From contig CAVSIS010000053.1 of NCBI GenBank assembly GCA_963727925.1, positions 32,319 to 96,318 on the forward strand: a stretch of 64,000 bases of DNA. Direction: 5' to 3'. The position numbers and the translations under genes were made by a program. This document shows positions 40,712 through 50,450 of this stretch, one piece after another. Source of the DNA: an uncultured Acidobacteriota bacterium. Its GTDB lineage: Bacteria; Acidobacteriota; Thermoanaerobaculia; Thermoanaerobaculales; Sulfomarinibacteraceae. How positions within the stretch are numbered: position 1 is the first letter of the stretch; each line of letters opens with the position of its first letter. The notes beneath the pieces are model-generated. The model had not been told where the DNA came from, searched no databases, and was given only the letters and a program-made list of their open reading frames with translations.

Positions 40712-41911
40712 ATGACCGAGTACATCTACCTCGACAACGCCGCGACCACCTTCCCCAAACCGCCCGAGGTCATCCGCTTCATGAGCGAGTTCTACGCCAC
40801 CCGCGGCGTCAACCCGGGACGGACCGGGTTCGACCTTGCGCTCGAGGCGGAGGCGGTGCTCGCCGACGCGCGCAAGAAGCTGTGCGCCTTTTTCGGCGGC
40901 AGCGAGCCCAACCGGCTGGTGTTCTCGCACAACGTCACCGACGCGCTCAACCTGCTCATCACGAGCGTCCTTTCACCGGGAGACCACGCCGTCACCACCT
41001 GCCTCGAGCACAACTCGGTGCTGCGTCCCATGTACTGGCAGTCGCAGCACGGCGTCGATGTCGACTGGGTCCCCTTCGACTGCGACGGGTATGTCGATCC
41101 AGCGGACATCGCGCAGAGGATCAGACCCAACACCAAGCTCGTGATCATGAACCACGGGTCGAACGTGATCGGCACCGTGCAGCCGGTCGCAGAGATCGGC
41201 CGTCTCTGCCGCGAGCGCGGCGTGTTGTTTGCGATCGACGCCGCGCAGACGGCCGGCCTGGTCGACATCGACGTTGCCGCGATGAACATCGATGTGGTCT
41301 GCTTCACCGGCCACAAATCGCTGTTCGGGCCGACCGGGACCGGCGGCATGTACATCGCCGAACACGTCGACCTGAGGCCGAGCCGTTCCGGCGGCACCGG
41401 AGTCAAGAGCGCTCTACGCACCCAGCCCGAGGAGTACCCCTGGCACATGGAGTTCGGCACCCTGAACACCATGGGCATCGCCGGGCTGCTCGCCGCCCAA
41501 CGGTGGATCGAAGAGCGCGGTGGCGTGGCCGCGATCTTCGACCACGAGATGCGGCATGCACGTCGTCTGCACGACGGCCTCGCGGCGATCGACGGCGTCC
41601 GCATGTACTGCGCCGACATGAACCGCGACCACCTCCCGGTGCTGGTATTCAACGTCGACGGGCTCAACGCCGAGCTGGTCGGCCAGCTGCTCGACGTCGA
41701 GCACGACGTGATCACCCGTACCGGCCTGCACTGCGCGCCGATGGTCCACGAGGGTCTCGGCACGGCGGAGATCGACGGTACGGTCCGCTTCGCGCCGGGG
41801 ATCTTCACCACCGACGAAGAGATCGAGCACGCCATCGCGGCGGTCGCCGATGTCGCGGAGTACGCGAGGACCCGCAAAGGTTCGCCCTCGCAGGTGCTGG
41901 TCACGAGCTGA
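40712..41911 (+). CDS. Class V PLP enzyme, cysteine desulfurase/selenocysteine lyase-like
   Basis: YLDNAATTFPKP, EHNSV, FTGHK, RTGLHCAP. Confidence 0.9.
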   Translation: MTEYIYLDNAATTFPKPPEVIRFMSEFYATRGVNPGRTGFDLALEAEAVLADARKKLCAFFGGSEPNRLVFSHNVTDALNLLITSVLSPGDHAVTTCLEHNSVLRPMYWQSQHGVDVDWVPFDCDGYVDPADIAQRIRPNTKLVIMNHGSNVIGTVQPVAEIGRLCRERGVLFAIDAAQTAGLVDIDVAAMNIDVVCFTGHKSLFGPTGTGGMYIAEHVDLRPSRSGGTGVKSALRTQPEEYPWHMEFGTLNTMGIAGLLAAQRWIEERGGVAAIFDHEMRHARRLHDGLAAIDGVRMYCADMNRDHLPVLVFNVDGLNAELVGQLLDVEHDVITRTGLHCAPMVHEGLGTAEIDGTVRFAPGIFTTDEEIEHAIAAVADVAEYARTRKGSPSQVLVTS

Positions 41912-41928
41912 GCGCAAGACACGCGGGG

Positions 41929-41960
41929 CGCGAGACGTGAGACGCAAGACGTAAGACGTC
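41929..41960 (+). repeat. Heptamer tandem (GyrAGAC)n
   Basis: gcgagac gtgagac gcaagac gtaagac. Confidence 0.7.
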
Positions 41961-42161
41961 CGGCGCAAAGCGACCTCGAGAAGACAGCTCATCGCCCGGT
42001 GAGCCGCGCGGGGGACCCCTCGTGAGGGCCGGCTTGTGCTCGCTGAAGGCGGGCCGCTCGCGCCACACCTGAGCGGGTGGGGTCCTTCTCGTCTTCCAAC
42101 AACGCCTTGTGCGCATCGCTGAGTTCCGTGGTGAAATGGTCCGGCGAGTGGCCTCACCGAA

Positions 42162-43079
42162 GTGACGCATCAGACTGGGCCAGGCGCGGCGGAGACGACC
42201 ACCCCGCAAGCCCGCCTCGGAGCGATCGCCGAGGCGCTGCTGGTCACGGTGCTGTGGTCGAGCTCGTGGGTGCTGATCAAGATCGGCCTTGGCGACCTGC
42301 CGCCGCTGGTCTTCGCCGGCCTGCGCTACACCCTGGCGGCGGCCCTGCTCGCCCCGCTGGCGATCGCTAGGCTCCGGGCGGGTGCGGTGCCGAGGCGTTT
42401 CGGCCGCAGCGAGCTCGCTGAGCTCGCCCTGCTCGGGGTGGTCTTTTACGCCGTCACCCAGGGCGCCCAGTTCGCCGCGCTGGCCCTTCTACCGGCGGCA
42501 ACACTCGCCCTGATCCTCAGCATGACTCCGCTGCTGGTCGCGTCCGTCTCGTGGCTCGTGACGAGCGAGCGGCCGACGCCGCTGCAGTGGGCGGGAACCG
42601 CGGCCGTAGTGGTCGGCGCGGTGATCTACCTCGGTGCCGACCTCCGGGTCTTCGCTGCTCCGGCGGGGCTCGCTGTCGCCAGTCTGTGTCTTGCGGCCAA
42701 CGCCGCCGCGGCACTGCTCGGCCGCCGGATCAACCGGCGCGGCGGCTCGGCGGTGGTGGTCACCGGGGTGAGCATGGCGGTCGGTGCGCCCGTGCTGCTC
42801 GCCGCCGGCGTCGCGACGGAGGGCGTCCCGACCCTGTCGGCGCGCGCGGCTGCGATCGTGGTCGTCCTGGCGACGGTGAACACCGCCTTCGCCTTCACTC
42901 TCTGGAACCGATCACTGCGCCATCTGACCGCGACCGAGTCGAGCGTGATCAACAACACGATGATGATCCAGATCGCCGTGCTCGCCTGGCTGTTCCTGGG
43001 CGAGGCGCTCACCGTGCGCGAGGTCATCGGACTGGCGGTTGCCGCCGCGGGCGTGCTCATCGTCCAGCTCCGCCGGTGA
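42162..43079 (+). CDS. EamA/DMT family transporter
   Basis: About 10 TM helices, LWSSSW..IKIGL, LRY, FLGE. Confidence 0.9.
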   Translation: MTHQTGPGAAETTTPQARLGAIAEALLVTVLWSSSWVLIKIGLGDLPPLVFAGLRYTLAAALLAPLAIARLRAGAVPRRFGRSELAELALLGVVFYAVTQGAQFAALALLPAATLALILSMTPLLVASVSWLVTSERPTPLQWAGTAAVVVGAVIYLGADLRVFAAPAGLAVASLCLAANAAAALLGRRINRRGGSAVVVTGVSMAVGAPVLLAAGVATEGVPTLSARAAAIVVVLATVNTAFAFTLWNRSLRHLTATESSVINNTMMIQIAVLAWLFLGEALTVREVIGLAVAAAGVLIVQLRR

Positions 43080-43258
43080 GATGGGCGCTCACGCTCCCGA
43101 GCATGTCGCACGAGACCACTTGACCGTGCCGCCAGCACCGGCGCATCATGGCGGCACGCGGACCGGGACACCCGGTTGCTGCGGGGTGGGTGGGAGCGAC
43201 CAGATCCGAGTTCTCGGGTCTTCGCTCCGCGCGACCCCGAGGGCACCAGGAGGCACCC

Positions 43259-44788
43259 ATGTCCGTCACCCTTACCGGCTCATCCCTGACGATCGAGGAC
43301 ATCGAGGCCGTCGCCCGCCGCGGCGAGCCCGTCGAGCTCGCGACGGAGGCCCTCGAGCGCATCCGGGCGTCACGTGCGTTCATCGAGCGGCGGATCGCGG
43401 CGCACGAGATCATGTACGGCGTCAACACGGGCATCGGGGAGTTCTCCGAGGTCGTGCTGTCGGACGACCAGGTGCGCGACTTCCAGCGCTACCTGATCTA
43501 CAACCATGCCGCCGGCATCGGCGATCCGGCCCCAGAGGACCACGTGCGCGCCGCGATGCTGCTGCGCGCCAACGTGCACGCCCACGGCTGCTCGGCGTGC
43601 CGGTCGGAGATCACCCTCACGCTGATCGAGATGCTCAACCGTGGGGTGACGCCGGTGGTGTGCGTGAAGGGCTCGGTCGGCGCCTGCGGCGACCTCGCGC
43701 CGATGAGCCAGATTGCACTCCTGATGATGGGCGAGGGCGAGGCGTTCTTCGCCGGCGAGCGCCTGCCGGGCGGCGTCGCCCTCGAGCGGGCGGGGATCCC
43801 GGTGCCGGGGCTTCAGGCACGCGACGGTCTCGCCGTCATCAACGGCTCCAACCTGCTCAACGGCATCGGGGCGCTCGCGGTCTTCGATGCCGAGCGCTGG
43901 CTCAAGCAGGCGGAGATCGCGGCCGCGATGTCGCTCGAGGCGCTCAAGGCCAACATGAAGCCCTACGACGCTCGTCTGCACGAGCTGCGCGGCTTCCGCG
44001 GCGCGGTGACCTCGGCCGCCAACCTGCGCCGCGTGATGGACGGCTCGGACCTGCTCACCGGCAAGGAGACGGTCAAGGTCCAGGACGCCTACTCGATGCG
44101 CTCGACGCCCCAGGTTGTTGGCGCCGCGCGGGACCAGCTGCGTTGGACCCGCTCACAGATCGAAATCGAGGCCAACGGCGTCGGCGACAACCCGATCTTC
44201 CTCGCCGAGGACGGTATAGTGCTCACCGGTGCGAACTTCCAGGGCACCCCGGTCAGCCTCCCGATCGACACCCTCGGCGCAGCGGTCACGATGGTGTGCG
44301 TGCTCTCGGAGCGGCGCCTCAACCGGCTCACCAACCCCGCTCTGTCGGTCGGGCTGCCGCCGTTCCTCACCAAAGGTGCGGGGATGTTCTCGGGCCTGAT
44401 GCTCTCCCAGTACACCGCCGACATGCAGATCGTCGAGCAGAAGATCCTGTCGGCGCCGGCGTACATCCAGTCGATCCCCGCCGCCGCCGACCAGGAGGAC
44501 TTCGTCTCGATGGGCATGAACTCCGCCCTCAAGACGCGTCAGATCCTCGACGTCGCCTGCGGCGTGCTCGGGATCGAGCTCATGGGGGCTGCGCAGGCGC
44601 TCGACCTCCGCAGCTTCACGCCGGGCCGGGGCACGCGCGCTGCCCACGCCGCGATCCGCCGCCGGGTCGACTTCCTCGAAGTGGATCGCCCGCTCCACCC
44701 GGACCACAACGCGATGATGGCGGCGGTGCGATCGCGGGAGATCCTCGACGCGGTCGAGGCAGAGGTCGGCGAGCTCGCGACGTACTAG
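43259..44788 (+). CDS. MIO-type aromatic amino acid ammonia-lyase (HAL-like) with Ala-Cys-Gly triad
   Basis: YGVNTGIG, GSVGACGDLAP, QDAYSMR, DNP, GANFQG, QEDFVSMG. Confidence 0.92.
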   Translation: MSVTLTGSSLTIEDIEAVARRGEPVELATEALERIRASRAFIERRIAAHEIMYGVNTGIGEFSEVVLSDDQVRDFQRYLIYNHAAGIGDPAPEDHVRAAMLLRANVHAHGCSACRSEITLTLIEMLNRGVTPVVCVKGSVGACGDLAPMSQIALLMMGEGEAFFAGERLPGGVALERAGIPVPGLQARDGLAVINGSNLLNGIGALAVFDAERWLKQAEIAAAMSLEALKANMKPYDARLHELRGFRGAVTSAANLRRVMDGSDLLTGKETVKVQDAYSMRSTPQVVGAARDQLRWTRSQIEIEANGVGDNPIFLAEDGIVLTGANFQGTPVSLPIDTLGAAVTMVCVLSERRLNRLTNPALSVGLPPFLTKGAGMFSGLMLSQYTADMQIVEQKILSAPAYIQSIPAAADQEDFVSMGMNSALKTRQILDVACGVLGIELMGAAQALDLRSFTPGRGTRAAHAAIRRRVDFLEVDRPLHPDHNAMMAAVRSREILDAVEAEVGELATY

Positions 44789-44790
44789 GC

Positions 44791-45165
44791 AAACCACAGA
44801 GGCACAGAGACACAGGCGGCCATGCCCGGAGTAGCGGCGGAGCTTGGAGGCTGTCTCGAAACCCGACCAGAACTGCCGCTCCTCGGCCGTCATAGCCGGC
44901 TCGGACGCGCGCGAGAATTTGAACCGCCAAGACGCGAAGAGCGCTAAGTAGCTATTAGGAATGCTCTTGGCATCGTTCTTCGCGTGCTTCGCGGCCTTTG
45001 CGGTTCAATTGAAAAGGCTGGAAGTCGCGCCTCCTGAACCCGGCAAGGCCTGGCGGTGGGAGTTGAGAGACAGCCTCCGTGTCTCCGCCCGGTGTTCGAA
45101 CGATGGTCCTGCGCCCGGATCATCGCGGTGACGTCACCACGGGAGCAGGCAAGCTGCTCCCCTAC
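44791..45165 (+). repeat. ACCACAGAG-type repeat plus REP doublet interrupted by a MITE
   Basis: GTAGCGGCGGAGCTTG|insert|CGTGTCTCCGCCCG, partner REP at 45141-45165. Confidence 0.8.
44847..45077. mobile_element. MITE copy B (231 bp), inverted relative to copy A
   Basis: GAGGCTGTCTC...GAGACAGCCTC TIRs, flanks CTTG and CGTG. Confidence 0.8.
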
Positions 45166-45181
45166 GAGCCCGTTGGCGCGC

Positions 45182-46063
45182 TCATCCACAGTTCAGGATC
45201 TGGGACGGGACCGCCATGATGAACTCGGCATCGCCGGTGCCTTGGGGATTGCCGTCGACCTTCGAGATGTAGCCCATGAAGGAGTTGGCGCCTGCGCCGC
45301 CCTGCGCCGAGCAGGGATCGGGCGTGACGTCGGCCGGGTCGAGCCACAGCTCCACCGTCAGGGGTCCGGTCGCGTTGGGCACGCCAAGATCGGCGATGGC
45401 CCACTGCCCCATCGATCCGGCCGGGACCTCCTTCGTGCCCTCGGCTCGGGCTGCGCCGGAAACGTCGCGCACGCGGTAGTGCACCGTGACCGGGCCGCCC
45501 TGGGACAGGTTGACGATGCCGAGGTTCGAGCGGAAGCGGCTGTCTTGACGAGCTCCGGTCGCGTAGGACGGCGTCCCATAGGCGTTGATCAACTTCTCGT
45601 TGGCCGGGACGGTCTGGCCGTACGTGCCGAGGCTGCTGCCGGTGTTGTAGGTCCGGCTCGTGGTGACGATGGCCGAGCCCTCCGGATTGCCGGGGACGAG
45701 ATCCGGATCGCAGGTGACGAGCAGCAAGCCCTTGATTCCGTTGGTATAGCCGAGCTCGCCGATGACGTCTTCGACCGTCTTCGTTCCGTGCCCTGCGAGG
45801 CTCACCTGGAGTGAACGCTGACCGCTGAAGCTGGGATCGAACTCATTCGCCTGGCCCTCGGGGAAGAGCTGGAGGGCAACGGTGAGGCTCTGCTCGCCGA
45901 CGTTGTGGAGGGTCACGTCCGACTGCCACATGGTGGGCGGGTCGCCGAGACCCTGGGCGTGGACCACGACCGGGAAGAGGTGGCTGCTGCCGACCTTCTG
46001 GGCAGCGACCGGGCCGGCGACGAGCACAATCGAGACAACCGCGAGAATCCTCGTCAGACGCAT
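45182..46063 (-). CDS. Secreted protein made of the same beta domain found at the GSDH C-terminus
   Basis: Signal peptide, W.SDV.L.N, SRTYN...GTYGQ, RSNLG.VN, Y.S.VD...TGD. Confidence 0.8.
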   Translation of the reverse strand: MRLTRILAVVSIVLVAGPVAAQKVGSSHLFPVVVHAQGLGDPPTMWQSDVTLHNVGEQSLTVALQLFPEGQANEFDPSFSGQRSLQVSLAGHGTKTVEDVIGELGYTNGIKGLLLVTCDPDLVPGNPEGSAIVTTSRTYNTGSSLGTYGQTVPANEKLINAYGTPSYATGARQDSRFRSNLGIVNLSQGGPVTVHYRVRDVSGAARAEGTKEVPAGSMGQWAIADLGVPNATGPLTVELWLDPADVTPDPCSAQGGAGANSFMGYISKVDGNPQGTGDAEFIMAVPSQILNCG

Positions 46064-46248
46064 GGCAGGCCTCCCTATTTCAACGTGATCTGCAACGTGG
46101 AACTTGAGCATCGGAGGTCTCATTCCCCGGAATGGGCATCATTCATGGCGAGGAACCGCATCGAGCCGTGCGTCGCGGCGCCGCATTGTGCAAAGGAAAA
46201 CGCCCGGAACCGGGCCCGAGCGCCGTCCTCATCGGCGGGAGCCTGCGG

Positions 46249-47227
46249 TCACGACTGCACGATTCTCTCCAGCTGCTCGGTGACGAGCCCCTTAACCAGC
46301 GACACCTTGTAGGCGTTCTGCTCGAGCGGCTCGGCGCCGGCGACCGCGGCCTCGGCAGCGTCGGTGATGGTGGCCGCGTCCAGGGATCGGCCGACCAGCG
46401 CCTGCTCCGCCGCCTTCGAGCGCCAGGGGACCGGCGCCACGCCCGAGAGGAAGACCCGGGCGGAAGTGACGCGGGCCCCGTCGAGGACCAGGGCGAGCGC
46501 GACTCCGGCGAGGGCGAAGTCCCACGATGCGCGCTCTCGGACCTTGCGGTAGGACGACCGCAGACCGGGCTCTGGACGCGGGATGACCACCTCGGTGAGG
46601 ATCTCGTCGGGCTCCAGTACCGTCTCGCGCTGCGGGTCCACCGACGGCGGCACGTGCAGCGACTCGACCGGGACCGCCCGGCTCGAACCCCTGCCGACGA
46701 CCCACGCCACCGCTCCGAGGACGGCGAGGGCGGGGGCGGTGTCGGAGGGATGGACGATGTAGCAGGCGTCGCCTCCGAGGATGCAGTGGTAGCGGTTCTC
46801 TCCCTGGAAGGCGAAGCACGTGTCGCCACCCTTGCGCAAGCAGTGGAACTCGCCCCGGTAGTACCAGCAGCGCGGCTTCTGGCAGAGGTTGCCGCCCAAG
46901 GTCCCCTGGTTGCGGAGCTGAGGGGACGCCACCTGGGAGGCGGCCTCGGCGAGGGCCGTGAACCGGCTGCGGATGGTGGGGTCCTCCGCGACCGCGGAGA
47001 TCGTCGTCATCGCGCCGATGCGCAGGCTGCCGTCAGCGGTGGATTGAACTCCCCGCAGCCCCTCGAGCGCCGACAGGCTCACCACGCTCGAGGCCGGGAA
47101 GATGCCGTCGTGGAGACAGCCGAGCAGGTCGCTGCCGCCGGCGTGAATCCGGGCGTCCTCGTGCATCGAGGGCGGTGAGCGCCTCGTCGAGTGTGCGCGG
47201 ACGGAGGTAGCCGAACTTGGGGAGCAT
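46249..47227 (-). pseudogene. Mo-hydroxylase FAD subunit (PaoB/YagS-like, 4Fe-4S insert) with +1 frameshift near 47163
   Basis: MLPKFGYLRP start, AGGSDLL, ASPQLRNQGTLGGNLCQKPRCWYYR...C...C...C, DFALA. Confidence 0.85.
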
Positions 47228-47228
47228 T

Positions 47229-49529
47229 TCAGCCCTCCTTTCCGGCCGCGGCCAGCAGTGCGGCGAGCTGGGTCGGGTTGAGCGGCGTGTCGGTGACGCG
47301 GGTGCCGATCGCATGGGCGACCGCGTTTGCGATCGCGGCGGCGGTGGGGATCGTGGCCGGCTCGCCAAGGCCCTTGGTCCCGGTCGTGTTGAAGGCGTCG
47401 TCGGGACGGTCGAGGGGAATGCTGGTCTGGTCCGGCGCCACGTCCAGCATCGTCGGCACCTTGTAGGCGTGGAAGTTGGCGTTGAGCATCTTCCCTGTCC
47501 TGCGGTCGAGGATCCGAGCCTCGGTCATGCCGAACCCGACGCCCATGGTGATGCCGCCGAAGACCTGGTTGTCGAAGGTCAATCGGTTGAGCACGCGCCC
47601 GGAGTCGTGGGATCCGAGGAAGCGCAGGAGGCGGACCTCTCCGGTGCGGGTGCCGACCTCGACCTCGCAGAACTGGGCGGCGAATGGCCAGGTGACCGAG
47701 CCTTCGGGGTTTGGCCCCCGGTAGCCGGTGCCAACCACCACGCCCTGCCGTTGAAGCTCCTGGACCGCGGTCACCGCGACCTTCGTGCCGGGGCTCGAGC
47801 GGCTGACAATCTCGAGGTTTTGCAGCTCGAGGTCCGAAAGCGGCACCTTGAGCTGCTCGGCAGCCATCGCCAGCAGCTGCCGCCGCACCTCGACCGCCGC
47901 CGCGCGGACCGCAGGCGAGTCCGAGGGCACGGTCTTGCTGCCCCCCGAAGAGGTCGCGTACTGGGTGGTGGCGGTGTCGGCGTGCTCGATCTGGATCTGC
48001 TCGAGCGGCACGCCGAGCTCCTCGGTGACGATCATGGCCGCCCACGTCTTGGTGCCGGTGCCGATGTCAGACGCTCCCATGTTGAGGTTTGCGCTGCCGT
48101 CGGCGAAGAGCTTGACAATCACGGTGGAGGGGGGACCCCCAGGATAGACCCAGAAGGCGGCCGCAACACCGACGCCGCGGCGGATCGGCCCTGAGCCCTT
48201 CGTCCGGGCTCGAGCCGCCTTCCAGCCGAACGCGTCGGCGCCTTGGCGCAGGCACTCGGCGAGCAGGTTGTTGGTGAACGGAATCCCGTCGCGGACCTGC
48301 GCGACGTCGGAGATATTGCGCAGGCGGAGCTCGACCGGGTCGATGTCGAGCTTGTCGGCGAGCTCGTCGATCGCCTGCTCGAAGGCCCACGCGCACTGCG
48401 GGAAGCCGGGCGCTCGCATCGGTCGCGCCTTGCCGGCATTGGTGTAGACGGTGGTGTCGCGGGTGCGCACGTTCGGGCAGCGGTAGAGGTAGGCGGCCAT
48501 GGTGCTCGTCCCGGCGTTGTAGGGGTAGGCGCCGTTCGAGCCGAGGCTGGTGTAGTCGATCGCCGTCAGGGTGCCGTCTTGCTTGGCTCCGACCTTGACG
48601 GTGATGGTGTTGGCGGGGCGGTTGCCCGTGACCCGGAAGCAGTCCTCGCGGGGGAGGAAGAGCTTCACCGGCCGCGCGGTCATGCGTGCGAGCAGCGCAG
48701 CGATCACGGTGTACTTACCGGTCTCCAGCTTGGCTCCGAAGCCGCCGCCCATGTAATGCCCGATGACCCGGACGTTGGCCATCGGCATCTTCAGCACGCG
48801 GGCGAGGTCGTCCTGGACGCTGAAGACGCCCTGGGTGCTGTCCCAGACCGTGAGCCTGGCGCCGTCCCACTTCGCCACCGACCCATGGGGTTCCATCGGA
48901 GCCTGGATCTCGCACGGTGTGTGGTAGGTGCGTTCGACCACGACGTCGGCGTCGGCGAAGCCACGCTCGACGTCACCCCGCTCCCGGGTGCTCGGCTGGC
49001 CGACCACGTTGCCGCCTTCGTGCACCTTGGGCGCGCCTGCGGCGAGCGCCGCCTGGTCGTCGATCACAAAGGGCAGGGGCTCGTACTCCACCACGATGGC
49101 CCGCAGTGCGTCTGCTGCCTGGTAGGGCGTTTCGGCGGCGACTGCCGCAACCTCCTCGCCCTCGTGCCGGCAGTGAGGGTCGAAAAGTCGGCTGTACGCC
49201 GTGCCCTCGCGCTCGTACCAGGGGATGTCGGCGCCTGGACTGCTTCCGGTGAGCACCCCGCGGACGCCCGGCATCTTCGCGGCGGCCGAGGTGTCGACCC
49301 GGCGCACCATCGCGTTGGCGTGGGGGCAGCGGAGGATCGCCCCGAACAGCATGTCGGGAAGCGAAACGTCGAAGGGGTACACCGCGGAGCCGCTGACGCG
49401 CTCGTAGGCATCGACCCTCGTCTGCCGGGTGCCGACCACCCGCGTCGTGGTCCACGGCCCGGGTTCGGTCGAACTCTGGGGGGTTTCGGGGACGGCGCCT
49501 GGGAGGTGATAGGCTTCTCGTTCGGTCAT
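47229..49529 (-). CDS. Mo-hydroxylase molybdopterin-binding subunit (PaoC/YagR-like)
   Basis: GGGFGAK, MRAPG, DIGTG, SSGGS, KGLGE. Confidence 0.93.
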   Translation of the reverse strand: MTEREAYHLPGAVPETPQSSTEPGPWTTTRVVGTRQTRVDAYERVSGSAVYPFDVSLPDMLFGAILRCPHANAMVRRVDTSAAAKMPGVRGVLTGSSPGADIPWYEREGTAYSRLFDPHCRHEGEEVAAVAAETPYQAADALRAIVVEYEPLPFVIDDQAALAAGAPKVHEGGNVVGQPSTRERGDVERGFADADVVVERTYHTPCEIQAPMEPHGSVAKWDGARLTVWDSTQGVFSVQDDLARVLKMPMANVRVIGHYMGGGFGAKLETGKYTVIAALLARMTARPVKLFLPREDCFRVTGNRPANTITVKVGAKQDGTLTAIDYTSLGSNGAYPYNAGTSTMAAYLYRCPNVRTRDTTVYTNAGKARPMRAPGFPQCAWAFEQAIDELADKLDIDPVELRLRNISDVAQVRDGIPFTNNLLAECLRQGADAFGWKAARARTKGSGPIRRGVGVAAAFWVYPGGPPSTVIVKLFADGSANLNMGASDIGTGTKTWAAMIVTEELGVPLEQIQIEHADTATTQYATSSGGSKTVPSDSPAVRAAAVEVRRQLLAMAAEQLKVPLSDLELQNLEIVSRSSPGTKVAVTAVQELQRQGVVVGTGYRGPNPEGSVTWPFAAQFCEVEVGTRTGEVRLLRFLGSHDSGRVLNRLTFDNQVFGGITMGVGFGMTEARILDRRTGKMLNANFHAYKVPTMLDVAPDQTSIPLDRPDDAFNTTGTKGLGEPATIPTAAAIANAVAHAIGTRVTDTPLNPTQLAALLAAAGKEG

Positions 49530-50158
49530 TTTCCACCCCCCGTCCTGCGGAGCTGCGCCGCGGTGTCCACCGCCTGAACGATGTGGACATAGGCGCCGCA
49601 GCGGCACAGGTTGCCGCTCATGCCCTGGCGGATCGTGGCGTCGTCAGGTTGCGGGTGGGCCCGCAGCAGACCCTCGGCGGCCATGATCTGACCCGGCGTG
49701 CAGTAGCCGCACTGGAAGGCGTCGTGCTCGGCAAACGCGCGCTGCGTCGACCCCAGCGCCTCGCCGTCAAGCAGACCCTCCAGCGTAATGATCGCGTGCC
49801 CCTCGGCCTCGACCGCGAGCATCATGCAGGCGTAGCGGGGTTGGTCGTCGACCAGCACCGTGCACGCCCCGCACTCGCCGCGCTCGCATCCGACCTTGGT
49901 TGCGGTGAGGCCGAGCAGGTCGCGCACCACGAACAGCAGCGACCACCGCGGCTCGACCAGCAGGTGCCGCACGCGGCCGTTGATCGAGAGCGCGATCCGG
50001 ACCATCGCCTCCGGATCGGTGATCTCCAGCGCCGCCGCGCTCTCCTGGCCCGCGAGCCCTGCGGCGGCGGCCACCGCTCCAGCACCGACGCCGCCGAGAA
50101 ATCCCCGGCGGGTCACGCCGCGGGCTGCGTCGTTCTTCCCGTCATGGCGATCGGACAT
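49526..50158 (-). CDS. Mo-hydroxylase 2Fe-2S subunit with Tat motif (PaoA/YagT-like)
   Basis: TRRGFL, GCERGECGACT, QCGYCTPG, NLCRC. Confidence 0.93.
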   Translation of the reverse strand: MSDRHDGKNDAARGVTRRGFLGGVGAGAVAAAAGLAGQESAAALEITDPEAMVRIALSINGRVRHLLVEPRWSLLFVVRDLLGLTATKVGCERGECGACTVLVDDQPRYACMMLAVEAEGHAIITLEGLLDGEALGSTQRAFAEHDAFQCGYCTPGQIMAAEGLLRAHPQPDDATIRQGMSGNLCRCGAYVHIVQAVDTAAQLRRTGGGK

Positions 50159-50450
50159 GTGATACCTCCCTCGCGCTCAACGTTTGTTGAACTGAGACTT
50201 CGTCTTTCTCAAAGGGTCACACATTGATCCTATCATCGCACTGCGGATAGGCCGCATCAGTCGGGACACCGGTTCTCCGGCGGAGGAACCAGGGGCGGCG
50301 TCGCGAGCGGAGACTCTGCAACCCCCGTCCCGCTCGGGTTGCCGTCGACCTTCGCATGCGGCCTCCTCGGTGCACCGTGTGGCGGTGCGGACCAGGCGCC
50401 CTCGCCCTTGGGCTGGAGATCGATCAGAATGTGGGCCGGGGAGAGTGAGG

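Noticed and set aside
25881-45165. Repeats as a CRISPR array
   Set aside because: Copies are dispersed and inverted, with no regular repeat-spacer period and no cas genes.
50160-50450. Moco riboswitch upstream of the Mo-hydroxylase operon
   Set aside because: I could not recognise the conserved structure by eye. An Rfam search is needed.
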